From Alphaproteobacteria bacterium (GTDB lineage: Bacteria > Pseudomonadota > Alphaproteobacteria > Rs-D84), in the NCBI GenBank assembly GCA_017528045.1, contig JAFXPG010000002.1:1516-65515 (forward strand): 64,000 nt of DNA, read 5' to 3'. A model generated the notes under the pieces. The model saw only the letters and a list, made by a program, of their open reading frames with translations, made no database searches and was not told the origin of the DNA. Positions within the stretch are counted from its first letter, which is position 1, and each line of letters begins with the position of its first letter. Shown here in pieces: positions 1-8,872 of the stretch. The position numbers and the translations under genes were made by a program.

Positions 1-1
1 A

Positions 2-556
2 CACGCAATAGGAATACAATATTATTTTGAAAATTCAATACACACAATATCTTTATCTTCATATGAAATAATGAAACAAATGATAAGTGATTGTGGTGAT
101 AATGTTGTGTTAGCATCTGTTGATATGGGACGTGCAAAGAATATTGAAAGACTTGGAAAAAATCTTGGTTTAGATACTGCCTATATTATGAAAAAACGTA
201 TTTCTGGATCTGAAACAGAAATATTAGCAATAAATGCAGATGTTAAAGATAAAGATGTTGTAATCATAGATGATATGATACGTTCTGGAACATCAGTTGT
301 TATGGCAGCAAAAGCATATAAACAAAATAGTGCAAAAAATGTTTATGTTGCAATAACACATGGTGTTTTTTGTAATAACGCGATTGAAAAAATGAAGTCT
401 TGTGATTGTATAAATAAAATTTTATGTACAAATTCGCACGTTAATGCATTGCAATATAAAGATAATGATTTTGTTAAAATTTATGATGTTTCAGAATTGA
501 TATACAAATCTTTACCCGTTAATAAAAGAAAAAGACAGCAGAATTTATCTTTTTGA
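2..556 (+). CDS. prs: Ribose-phosphate pyrophosphokinase (PRPP synthetase), C-terminal part; 5' end lies outside the window
   Basis: The frame is open from base 2. The upstream in-frame peptide HAIGIQYYFENS resembles the PrsA HAEQIQGFFD region. The PRTase motif VVIIDDMIRSGTS and the overall PrsA C-terminal layout are present. Confidence 0.7.
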   Translation, partial: HAIGIQYYFENSIHTISLSSYEIMKQMISDCGDNVVLASVDMGRAKNIERLGKNLGLDTAYIMKKRISGSETEILAINADVKDKDVVIIDDMIRSGTSVVMAAKAYKQNSAKNVYVAITHGVFCNNAIEKMKSCDCINKILCTNSHVNALQYKDNDFVKIYDVSELIYKSLPVNKRKRQQNLSF

Positions 557-580
557 ATATTTAAAAATAGGAACGTTGAA

Positions 581-2527
581 ATGAATAAAGAATTACAACA
601 AACTTTGAAACAAGAAATTTTAAATCACGATATTATATCGTTTGATATCTTTGACACATTGCTTGTGCGACCATATGTTAAACCAACAGATTTATTCAAA
701 CATATGGAAAAACATTATGGTATGCCCGGCTTTGCAGAGCACAGAATAAACGCAGAATTAAAAGCACGAGAAAAAATACATCCTGATGTTACTTTGGATG
801 ATATTTACAATGAAATAGACGATACATTCGTTGATATGAAACAACGTGAATTAGATTGGGAAGAGATGGTTTTACGTCCAAACCCGCAAATGATAGGTGT
901 TTATAATTTTGCTAAATCGTCTGGTAAAAAAATTGTTATTGCCAGCGATATGTATTTGCCAACAGATTTTATAAAAAAAGTTTTAGAAAAAAATGGTTTT
1001 TCTGGGTTTGATAGATTGTATGTGTCTGGGAATTTAGGAATAACAAAAGCAAACGGAACAATGTATGAAGCAATTATTCGTGCGACAAATGTAAACCCAA
1101 ACAAGATTTTGCATATTGGCGATAACAAATATAGTGATTTTACTGTACCTAAATCGCTAGGTATTCAAACATTTTTGGTGCCAAGAATTGTGGAACAATA
1201 TATAAAATTGAATCAAAAAGTTAAAATTTTTTTAGATGATTGCCCAGATAATTTAGGTGCTTCTGTCTTGACAGCATTATTTGCAAGACACTACGTAACA
1301 AAAAATGTAAGTGATACTTATTGGCATGATTTAGGATATGAATACACGGGGCCACTCGCATACTCTTATGTTTCTTGGGTAAATACGATGGCAACTAAAA
1401 AAAAGTTGTCCTGTTTGTTGTATATTGCCAGAGATGGTTATGTGCTTGATAAAATACAGAAAAAGATAAACAAAAACATAACTAGCCACTATGTATATGC
1501 ACCACGATATATAAATCTTATATTCAGGTTAGATTATCGTACAGATGATTCTGATGTAGCATTAGCGCATCAAAATACGATTATAAAACATTACATAAAT
1601 GAAATTCCCAAGTTTAAAGAGTTGTATAAAAAAACTGATTTCAAAAAAACATCATCTCTTGAATTTCTTAATGCAAATAAGCAAATGTTAATACCGTTTG
1701 CACATAAAAAATTAGTAACATATCAAAATTATCTGGAAAAATTAAATGTTGGTAAATCTGTTGGTATTGTAGATACTATAACACAGAATTTTTCTGCAAA
1801 GAAATTATTAATGGATGGTTTTAGAAAAAAAGACATTTATGGTTTTTATTTTAAAATTTTGGACCCTAAAAGGCAACCACAACATTCTCATTGTTATGGT
1901 TGGATAGATTATTCTTTAATTCAAAGACCAGAATGGGTGGCTTACTGGCCGTTAGTAGAATTTTTATTAACATCACCAGAATATCCAATAGAAGGTATAT
2001 CTACATCGGGGGCACCCATATATAAACAAAACATCTCAAAAGATGAATACAATATACGTAAAATATATCCATTTATTGCCGATAGAGCATGTGATTTTAC
2101 AGATGATTTATTGTCTATATTCAAAGGAATAGACACGTTTATAGATTTTTCAACAATAATGTCATGGCTGAACATATATATATTTAATCCGACTGCACGA
2201 GATAAAAATTATATGTTTAAAATTTCTACTGCTACAAATCCTAATAATGATTCTTATGCTAAATTATTTGGTGGCAAATTGCCTTTAGTTTATATATTGA
2301 AGCATCCCTTTAAAGTAAAAAAAATCATAAAACAGTTTTTATGGAAAACAAAAATGCAAGAAATTTTCTTTGTATTATTATCGCCCATAAAAATCAAAAT
2401 GAACGGTATTAAAAGAATAAGAATCTTTTTATTTCCTAAATTAAAACATAAGTTATTTTGCGTCAGTTTGTGTTTGTTTGATAACTACATTTATCAGTTT
2501 GTCATAGGAAAACAGGAGGGGTTATAA
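581..2527 (+). CDS. HAD-superfamily hydrolase domain (DxD motif FDIFDTLL) fused to a large uncharacterised C-terminal domain; likely polysaccharide/LPS modification
   Basis: N-terminal HAD motif I ISFDIFDTLLVRP and motif IV HIGDN are present. The stop overlaps the start of the downstream GT2 gene (ATAATGG), indicating translational coupling. The C-terminal ~450 aa have no motif I recognise. Confidence 0.55.
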   Translation: MNKELQQTLKQEILNHDIISFDIFDTLLVRPYVKPTDLFKHMEKHYGMPGFAEHRINAELKAREKIHPDVTLDDIYNEIDDTFVDMKQRELDWEEMVLRPNPQMIGVYNFAKSSGKKIVIASDMYLPTDFIKKVLEKNGFSGFDRLYVSGNLGITKANGTMYEAIIRATNVNPNKILHIGDNKYSDFTVPKSLGIQTFLVPRIVEQYIKLNQKVKIFLDDCPDNLGASVLTALFARHYVTKNVSDTYWHDLGYEYTGPLAYSYVSWVNTMATKKKLSCLLYIARDGYVLDKIQKKINKNITSHYVYAPRYINLIFRLDYRTDDSDVALAHQNTIIKHYINEIPKFKELYKKTDFKKTSSLEFLNANKQMLIPFAHKKLVTYQNYLEKLNVGKSVGIVDTITQNFSAKKLLMDGFRKKDIYGFYFKILDPKRQPQHSHCYGWIDYSLIQRPEWVAYWPLVEFLLTSPEYPIEGISTSGAPIYKQNISKDEYNIRKIYPFIADRACDFTDDLLSIFKGIDTFIDFSTIMSWLNIYIFNPTARDKNYMFKISTATNPNNDSYAKLFGGKLPLVYILKHPFKVKKIIKQFLWKTKMQEIFFVLLSPIKIKMNGIKRIRIFLFPKLKHKLFCVSLCLFDNYIYQFVIGKQEGL

Positions 2528-3612
2528 TGGTTAAAGTATCTATAATTATTCCTGTCTATAATGTTCAAGATTATTTAAACCAATGTTTAGATAGTGTTTG
2601 TAATCAAACATTGCATGATATTGAAATAATCTGTGTTAATGATGGTTCTACGGATAATTCCGCGAAAATTTTAAGTAAATATGCTAAAAAAGATTCTCGT
2701 ATTCGTATAATAAATAAAAAGAACGCGGGACTAGGTGCTGCACGAAATTCTGGACTAATGACAGCAACCGGTAAATATATTGCTTTTATTGATTCTGATG
2801 ATTGGGTTTCTTTGGATTATTACGAAAAATTATATAAAGCGGCAATATCAACAAAATCAGATATTGCAGTAAGTAATATGCCATATTGGTACAACAAAGA
2901 TAATATGCGTTTTGATTTTATTTCGCAATTTAGTTTTGGTGATGGAAAAAAAGAATTAATTAGAACAAGTGATAAATTGAATATGTTGCAATCTTGTACC
3001 TGTTGCAATAAATTGTACAGACGAGAATTGATAACAAAAAATAACTTGTTGTTTTACGAAGGAAAATATATAGAAGATTTTCCTTTTACATTTATGGTTG
3101 TAGCACTCAGTAAAAAAATTATTTGTTTGCCTAATGTATATCAGTATTACAGACAACAAGAAAAATCTATTATGCATAATGATGCAATAAAGACAAAAAA
3201 ATTCTTTGATGCCTTGGATAATTTTAATACACTGATTGATGATGCAGAACATTTAAATATAATTAAAGATGATATAGCAACATCATGTCTAGTGCGATTT
3301 ATATATTATCAAACCCTAGCAAGGTTAGAAAACCTTTCAGATAAATCAAAAAAACTAGAATATCAAAAATATTTTATAAATACGCTAAAACGTCTGCCAT
3401 ATATAAATGCAGATAATTTTAATAGTTATGATAAGACTGCTTATAAACTTATGTTAAATAATGTTTTGAATAATATTTTCAATATACAATATGAAACAGT
3501 TCGTGTAAAAATCAAAATTTGGCAAATATCAATATTGAAAATAAGAAAAAAAACAAATCATATTGTGTGGTTATTGTTTAATGTTTTTCCTGTGTTTTGG
3601 AAAAAAATATAA
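2527..3612 (+). CDS. Family 2 glycosyltransferase (GT-A fold)
   Basis: N-terminus IIIPVYNVQDYLNQCLDSV...QT...IEIICVNDGSTDNS...IAFIDSDDW is the classic GT2 signature with a DxD motif. Confidence 0.85.
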   Translation: MVKVSIIIPVYNVQDYLNQCLDSVCNQTLHDIEIICVNDGSTDNSAKILSKYAKKDSRIRIINKKNAGLGAARNSGLMTATGKYIAFIDSDDWVSLDYYEKLYKAAISTKSDIAVSNMPYWYNKDNMRFDFISQFSFGDGKKELIRTSDKLNMLQSCTCCNKLYRRELITKNNLLFYEGKYIEDFPFTFMVVALSKKIICLPNVYQYYRQQEKSIMHNDAIKTKKFFDALDNFNTLIDDAEHLNIIKDDIATSCLVRFIYYQTLARLENLSDKSKKLEYQKYFINTLKRLPYINADNFNSYDKTAYKLMLNNVLNNIFNIQYETVRVKIKIWQISILKIRKKTNHIVWLLFNVFPVFWKKI

Positions 3613-3613
3613 T

Positions 3614-3645
3614 GAAATTGGGGGTATGTCCCCCAATTTTATTCT
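3614..3645. terminator. Bidirectional intrinsic terminator hairpin (AAATTGGGGG-TATGT-CCCCCAATTT) between convergent genes
   Basis: A perfect 10-bp GC-containing stem is flanked by A/T runs on both sides. It overlaps the stop codon of the minus-strand gene. Confidence 0.7.
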
Positions 3646-4157
3646 GCACAAAAACCACAAACATACCAATTTATTTCGGCAGCAAGCCAATTTCCATCTA
3701 ATGCTACTGCAATAATTGTACTTTCTGTACTTGTTTTTCCTGTATAATGACAACCATGTATTGTTGACGATGATGTTTCATGTGGACTTTTTGCAAATGC
3801 TATTAAGGTATAATTTGTATCTCTCATTTGTATTGGGTATATTATATTATAAGATGATTGTGCTACAGATTGACCTATACCACCTTGTTCGACCCAACCA
3901 GATTTGTATTTACGATACCATGTATAATTGTTTGCTGATGTTGGTGCCTGAGATTCAACCACAAAATCATAATTTGATGGCATTGTATATGGTGCCGGTA
4001 TTTCACTTTGTTTAGCCAATTTTATTCCGCCGGCGGTTGTGCCGTCATGCACACGCAATGTATTATTTGTGGTGTCCATTGTTATTTCACCGACTGCCCC
4101 GGTAAAAGCATCATTTTCAGCCGCACTTCCGCGACGTAATTGAATTTGTCTTGTCAT
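3639..4157 (-). CDS. Phage Mtd-like receptor-binding / tail-fibre protein (major tropism determinant N-terminal domain), orphan
   Basis: N-terminus MTRQIQLRRGSAAENDAFTGAVGEITMDTTNNTLRVHDGTTAGGIKLAK closely matches the N-domain of Bordetella phage BPP-1 Mtd (VQFRGGTTAQHATFTGAAREITVDTDKNTVVVHDGATAGGFPLA). Start set at the internal ATG with an AAAGGAAAA RBS. The first ATG at 4223 lies inside the upstream terminator hairpin. Confidence 0.6.
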   Translation of the reverse strand: MTRQIQLRRGSAAENDAFTGAVGEITMDTTNNTLRVHDGTTAGGIKLAKQSEIPAPYTMPSNYDFVVESQAPTSANNYTWYRKYKSGWVEQGGIGQSVAQSSYNIIYPIQMRDTNYTLIAFAKSPHETSSSTIHGCHYTGKTSTESTIIAVALDGNWLAAEINWYVCGFCAE

Positions 4158-4175
4158 TTTTTGTTTTCCTTTCGT

Positions 4176-4205
4176 TAAAAAAATAAAAAAAATCGCCACG
4201 TGGCG
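4176..4205 (-). terminator. Intrinsic terminator (palindrome ATCGCCACGTGGCGAT followed by a T-run on the minus strand) after the virB3-virB4-HExxH operon
   Basis: A 16-nt perfect palindrome is followed on the minus strand by TTTTTTTTATTTTTTT. Confidence 0.6.
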
Positions 4206-4274
4206 ATTAAACAAAAAACACATTTTTTCAGGGAACGGTTTATATATAATTTTATTTCTTGTTTTTTCAAGTTT

Positions 4275-4889
4275 TCAATTAAAACATTTTTTTAATGTTT
4301 CACCGGTATCTTTTAAATCTACCTGTTTATTTCTGATTTCTTCTTCGGCTTTGATATGTTGTTTCAATAAAACTATGTCTGGATGATTTTGTAATTGTTC
4401 GTTGAATTTATCTACTACTGATTCTATATCTTTTTGTTCTGAAACAAATACAGGTATTATTGATTCAGCCGCTGATAATACAGATTCTTTTAACATTTTT
4501 TTATTGTCTTCTATGACTGATAAATAAGAACGTATATGTTCATCTTCGTGTTGTAATATTGCATTATATGAACAAGAATCTTTACGATTAGATTTATCTA
4601 TCTGGACCAAAAAATCTGTATATCCAACCGTTGCATCTATGTTTTTCAAAGATACACAAAAACCATCTTCGATTGATGTAATATCTGTTGTTATTTCATA
4701 ATTATCAACCATGGTTGCTATTACATTTCCATGTAAAACATCCATTGGCTGTAATGGTTGAACAACTGTTTTTTCCCATGTTGGGATAGTTATATTAACC
4801 GTCGGTTTTAATTTATATGATAAACATTCATCAGCAAATACTGAATTTATAAATAAAACACACAATAAAAATACACACTTTTTAATCAT
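4275..4889 (-). CDS. Secreted/periplasmic protein with HExxH motif (HEDEH), translationally coupled to virB4; possible zinc metallopeptidase-like or unrecognised T4SS accessory component
   Basis: N-terminal signal peptide MIKKCVFLLCVLFINSVFA and an HEDEH motif. The C-terminal region is coiled-coil-like. Its start lies 3 nt after the virB4 stop. Confidence 0.5.
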   Translation of the reverse strand: MIKKCVFLLCVLFINSVFADECLSYKLKPTVNITIPTWEKTVVQPLQPMDVLHGNVIATMVDNYEITTDITSIEDGFCVSLKNIDATVGYTDFLVQIDKSNRKDSCSYNAILQHEDEHIRSYLSVIEDNKKMLKESVLSAAESIIPVFVSEQKDIESVVDKFNEQLQNHPDIVLLKQHIKAEEEIRNKQVDLKDTGETLKKCFN

Positions 4890-4892
4890 GTA

Positions 4893-7307
4893 TTACATTG
4901 TTTGCTTTTTTAAATATTCTGCAACAAAATTATTTCCATATTCTTTATATAAATCTTCAGCCAATAATACAGAAGAACGTCCAGATTCAAATAAACGTAA
5001 CATATTACCCAAACCACCTAATTCTGTATTTAATATCACAGATTCACCATTAACAGGTCTGGATAATAATACCGCACGTTTAAGATTTGGATATGCTTTA
5101 CCTTGGATAAATGCCATTTCCAGTGGATTTAAATTCCATTTTTCATAATCAGACGCATCAGCCGCAGGATTACGGAAGAATAACACTGTTTGGGCTTGTC
5201 CGCGAACAACATCCCCTATTCCCAGTTTATCTAAAACATTTGCACGTTGGAAAGCAACCATATAAGCCTGACGGTTTTTACGTCCTTCTTGCAAGCCCGC
5301 TATGAAATTATCACGGAACATTTTGTTTTCTAACATTGGTGCTGTTTCGTCAATCATAATCAAAGAAGGATTTCCACCAGATACTGTTATATTATTAATT
5401 CTGTGTAATATATAATATATAACAGCTGGTGCAAGATTTTCATCTTGTAAAATATCTGTAAAATCAAATGTTGTTAAACGTGAATTTAAATCTAAAGTAT
5501 CACTGTCTTCATTAAATATATCGCCATATTGTAATGGATCTATCCATTTTTTTAATGCGCCACGCATATTACCAGATGAAGAAAAACAACTTTCATAAAG
5601 ATTTTTTAATAATCTGTTTTTATCAGATAAATAATCAAAATTAACAGATACTGCACGTGCAATTTCTTCTTCTGATATAACATCTGTTTGACCTGTTATC
5701 ATTGCAAACCATCTGCGTAAAAACGCACGATTAGCAGCTGTATCAGGTATTTTTAACGGATTTAAATGTGTTAAAAACATATTATCTTGTTCATTTTTTT
5801 CTTTACCGTTCATAGTCACATATTTACCACCAACAGATAAAGTAAATATTTCTGCACCTTTATTTCTGTCAAAAAAGAACGCTTTTAATTTTGGATGTCT
5901 TAAAGATTGTGCAATTAAAAATGAAAATAATGTTGTTTTACCACCACCAGTTGGACCAATAGTTAAAGTATGTCCAACCGCAGCTGGTTTATCAGAAACA
6001 TGAAATTGAAATTGATATGGTGTTCCTTGGGCTGTTGGAAATACTACCAAAGGTCCAGGACCCCAATCGCTGTCTTTTATACCACGTGGCATATTTGATA
6101 AAGGTATGCTGACAGCCGCTGTCTTAGATAACATTTTATAAATTCTTGGAAATATATCAAAACCTGGAATTTGAGCAAAAAATGATGTTTTAGCAGCAAA
6201 ATTTTCAACAACAGGTGTAATACCAAAAGAAGCACATATTTTTTTGAATTCTGATACATTATGATTTAATTCATCTATATTATTACCAAATAAGATAAAT
6301 AAAGGATAATAATCTATCAAAGTTTGATTTCCTGTGATATTTTCATCCATCATATATTCTGCTTCTGAAAGTTGTTCTATGGTCGAATTTTCAGTTTTTT
6401 CGGTAATTGTAGATTTATGTTGACGCATTAAAGTTTCTATATCACTGGATTTTAATATATGAAAACCATTCATACATATCATTTCACACTGAAGTGTTGT
6501 TATTGTATCAAAAAATTCTTCATCCATATAATCAGGTGATATTTTGAAAGATAAAACTGATGCGTAAGAAGTTTTTTCACCACTGTTATATTCTATAATT
6601 CCATGTTTTTTAAATTCTACATTATCAACAGTGGCCATATCTGCCATATTTTCATTACATGTTTTTATCACAGGTTTTGTTATAGGTGATAAAATTCTTC
6701 CAAAAAATGTTCCCATATTTTCAGAATTATTATTTTTTAATAATTTTGGTTTATATACAGATAAAACTGATTCTATATAATTACAATATTGATTTAATTT
6801 ATCGCGATTATTTAAACCTTTTACAGATATAACTAAATAATAATTATTTACAAATATTTTTAATCCTTGATTATTCCATTTATCATATATTTTTTGTAAA
6901 GTTGGTTGGTCAAATTCATAATTTGTTTTTTCTTCTACAAAATCACGAATTGTGAAAAATCTCATATAAACATCAGGATCTTGAATTTGATTAAATAATT
7001 GAGCACGTAAATCTAGTAATTTTTCACGATTTTCATTACTCATAATACTGGTTTGTACACCGTTTATTTTATAAACACGAACCAAAGAACCATCTTTTAT
7101 TGATAAAGAATTATCATTATAAACTTTATCAAAAGGTAAATAATCTGAATATCTTGGATAACCATATTTTGGTAAAATCTTTTTTGTTAAAGATGGTAAA
7201 TATATTAACAAGCCTAAAAAAACAAGTATTATTGATAAAACCATGATTAACAAAGTTATAATCATAGAATGTGAGTTTCCTGCAAAATAATCAAATAAAA
7301 AATTCAT
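4893..7307 (-). CDS. virB4: Type IV secretion system ATPase VirB4/TrbE
   Basis: About 800 aa. Walker A TIGPTGGGKTTLFSF is present, with Walker B-like IMIDETAPML. An N-terminal hydrophobic segment is followed by a region resembling rickettsial VirB4. Confidence 0.85.
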   Translation of the reverse strand: MNFLFDYFAGNSHSMIITLLIMVLSIILVFLGLLIYLPSLTKKILPKYGYPRYSDYLPFDKVYNDNSLSIKDGSLVRVYKINGVQTSIMSNENREKLLDLRAQLFNQIQDPDVYMRFFTIRDFVEEKTNYEFDQPTLQKIYDKWNNQGLKIFVNNYYLVISVKGLNNRDKLNQYCNYIESVLSVYKPKLLKNNNSENMGTFFGRILSPITKPVIKTCNENMADMATVDNVEFKKHGIIEYNSGEKTSYASVLSFKISPDYMDEEFFDTITTLQCEMICMNGFHILKSSDIETLMRQHKSTITEKTENSTIEQLSEAEYMMDENITGNQTLIDYYPLFILFGNNIDELNHNVSEFKKICASFGITPVVENFAAKTSFFAQIPGFDIFPRIYKMLSKTAAVSIPLSNMPRGIKDSDWGPGPLVVFPTAQGTPYQFQFHVSDKPAAVGHTLTIGPTGGGKTTLFSFLIAQSLRHPKLKAFFFDRNKGAEIFTLSVGGKYVTMNGKEKNEQDNMFLTHLNPLKIPDTAANRAFLRRWFAMITGQTDVISEEEIARAVSVNFDYLSDKNRLLKNLYESCFSSSGNMRGALKKWIDPLQYGDIFNEDSDTLDLNSRLTTFDFTDILQDENLAPAVIYYILHRINNITVSGGNPSLIMIDETAPMLENKMFRDNFIAGLQEGRKNRQAYMVAFQRANVLDKLGIGDVVRGQAQTVLFFRNPAADASDYEKWNLNPLEMAFIQGKAYPNLKRAVLLSRPVNGESVILNTELGGLGNMLRLFESGRSSVLLAEDLYKEYGNNFVAEYLKKQTM

Positions 7308-7310
7308 TTT

Positions 7311-7610
7311 TTAGACCGTTAATTTCCTTGGTATTTTTTTTGAAAATAAAGATATACTGGACATTATTATTTGAAATATTTGTTGGTCTTTTTTTGAATA
7401 AAAAGCCAAAATAGAATGTGTTATTATTAAAACAGTTATAAATATAATTGGCGCAATAATAGGTATTTCAAGACCATTAAAAACCAACATAATAATCATA
7501 AAAACAATAAAAATTGAAAAACAAATTAAAAAATTCAATATAGCTAAAGAATAAGGCACATAAAATATGCGCGGCGGATTTGCTAAAGCTTTCAGAATTT
7601 TTTGTCTCAA
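7311..7610 (-). CDS. virB3: Type IV secretion system protein VirB3/TrbD
   Basis: 99 aa, two transmembrane segments. The ALANPPRIFYVPYSLAILNF motif matches the VirB3 AATRPALFLGVPLTLAGLF region. Its stop lies 3 nt before the virB4 start. Confidence 0.7.
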   Translation of the reverse strand: MRQKILKALANPPRIFYVPYSLAILNFLICFSIFIVFMIIMLVFNGLEIPIIAPIIFITVLIITHSILAFYSKKDQQIFQIIMSSISLFSKKIPRKLTV

Positions 7611-7921
7611 TTTCCCTCTCCAGATGGTTTAATTATAACAATTTCAACTTTTTTCAACAAGTATAAAAGTAAAAATATATAAATTTGTTTAAATTATTAA
7701 AAATATAGATTTTTTTAACATGTTTATTTTTATATTTAAATTATCAACAATTTTTAATTTTTAGCAGAAAACTAAGATTTTTTTGTTTAAAACTTGTTTA
7801 AAAAAAGTTAATTTATGTTTTTAACATAATAAACATGTACAATAAAAACAATAATAATATTAATAAATATTTGATTTTTTATAAATCTGGTTTATAATCA
7901 GCCAGTAAAAAGGATTCAGAT

Positions 7922-8056
7922 ATGAAATTTTTAAGTTCTTTGAAAGCTTGGAAAAAACGCGGTAACATTAAACAAATTCGCCGTGGTAAACAAGTTATCT
8001 TGATTGACCCTTCTAATCCTAAGTTAAAGGCTAAACAGGGTTTTAAGAAAAAATAA
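7922..8056 (+). CDS. rpmJ: 50S ribosomal protein L36 (alphaproteobacterial zinc-free type); not in the ORF track (<60 aa)
   Basis: MKFLSSLKAWKKRGNIKQIRRGKQVILIDPSNPKLKAKQGFKKK matches the alpha-type L36 pattern MK.xxSLK...K.R....VrRrGrvyVInk.NP..KAkQG. Confidence 0.75.
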   Translation: MKFLSSLKAWKKRGNIKQIRRGKQVILIDPSNPKLKAKQGFKKK

Positions 8057-8077
8057 TTCCAATAGGATGATATTTTT

Positions 8078-8103
8078 ATACCCGTTTTATCGGGTATTTT
8101 TTT
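8078..8103 (+). terminator. Intrinsic terminator after rpmJ (ATACCCG-TTTTAT-CGGGTAT plus T-run)
   Basis: A 7-bp stem is followed by TTTTTTT. Confidence 0.65.
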
Positions 8104-8800
8104 ATATTAAAGATAAAAATGCTTCTGTAAAAACAGTTTTTATTTCTTCACCCGATAAACCTGATTCTCGTAAATATATAATTTGATTATCATTTGGTTT
8201 ATATAAAGATGCAGAATGTGAAGCATTTTCAGGAATAGAATTTATAAATTGTGTTGGTTTCATAATAATTTTAGCATTTTCATCAGCCATTACTGAAAAA
8301 GATATATCAGATTCACAATAAGGCGAATTTTTGTTTATTATTGCATAACCATTTAATTCTGTATTTGTATTTTTATAAGACATTACACGTGTTTTTACAA
8401 AAATACCGGTATTTTCTGATAAATGTTCACCTTTGACATTTATTTTTAAAGAATTTTTATTTATAGAAATTATTTGACCATTAATTTTTGAATTTTTCCC
8501 GGCATTTTTAATAAAAATATTCAAAAAAGCCGGATTTTCATTTTCTATTTTAGATGTTAATATGACTTTAGTGTTTTCAGCTGTTGATAATATATTTATA
8601 TTTAAATCATTATCATTTGAAATTTTACCGATATATATAATATGAAATGGTAATTTATCAATTTTTTTTATGTTTATTATATTATTTTTAAATTCAGCAT
8701 TTTTATAATCAGATAATTCTTCACAAAAAACACCATCTCGGAAAACTAAAGTTTCCGCTGGAAATGTTTTTATATTGAATTCTTGCCAAAGGTATGACAT
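8102..8800 (-). CDS. SufD/SufB-family Fe-S cluster assembly protein, short stand-alone form
   Basis: C-terminus ...ASHSASLYKPNDNQIIYLRESGLSGEEIKTVFTEAFL matches the SufD/SufB C-terminal signature (SHGATVG..D.EQ.FYLRSRGI...A..M...AF). No sufBC is adjacent. Start chosen at MSYLWQEF; the upstream 57 nt look like AT-rich promoter sequence. Confidence 0.55.
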   Translation of the reverse strand: MSYLWQEFNIKTFPAETLVFRDGVFCEELSDYKNAEFKNNIINIKKIDKLPFHIIYIGKISNDNDLNINILSTAENTKVILTSKIENENPAFLNIFIKNAGKNSKINGQIISINKNSLKINVKGEHLSENTGIFVKTRVMSYKNTNTELNGYAIINKNSPYCESDISFSVMADENAKIIMKPTQFINSIPENASHSASLYKPNDNQIIYLRESGLSGEEIKTVFTEAFLSLI

Positions 8801-8872
8801 ATTTATATCCGAAATTATATACTTATATAATATATTAAAATAAATAAAAAACAACAATATTGGTGAAAAGAT

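Noticed and set aside
901-1128. Antisense ORFs embedded within strong CDSs. Examples: 901-1128, 2956-3252, 12824-13156, 26416-26973, 36274-36546, 48641-49021, 51600-52019, 57909-58361.
   Set aside because: Each lies entirely inside, and opposite to, a gene with clear family motifs. Their sequences are low-complexity with no motifs. They are chance ORFs in AT-rich DNA.
4158-4223. First ATG (4223) as the start of the Mtd-like gene
   Set aside because: That ATG and the following codons lie inside the 4176-4205 terminator palindrome and encode a hydrophobic junk peptide. The internal ATG at 4157 has a proper AGGA-type RBS and begins exactly at the conserved Mtd N-domain.
3000-8100. A complete diversity-generating retroelement (DGR) associated with the Mtd-like gene
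   Set aside because: No reverse-transcriptase-sized ORF and no obvious template repeat of the gene's 3' end are present in the flanking sequence. I therefore call it an orphan Mtd-like gene pending a whole-genome check.
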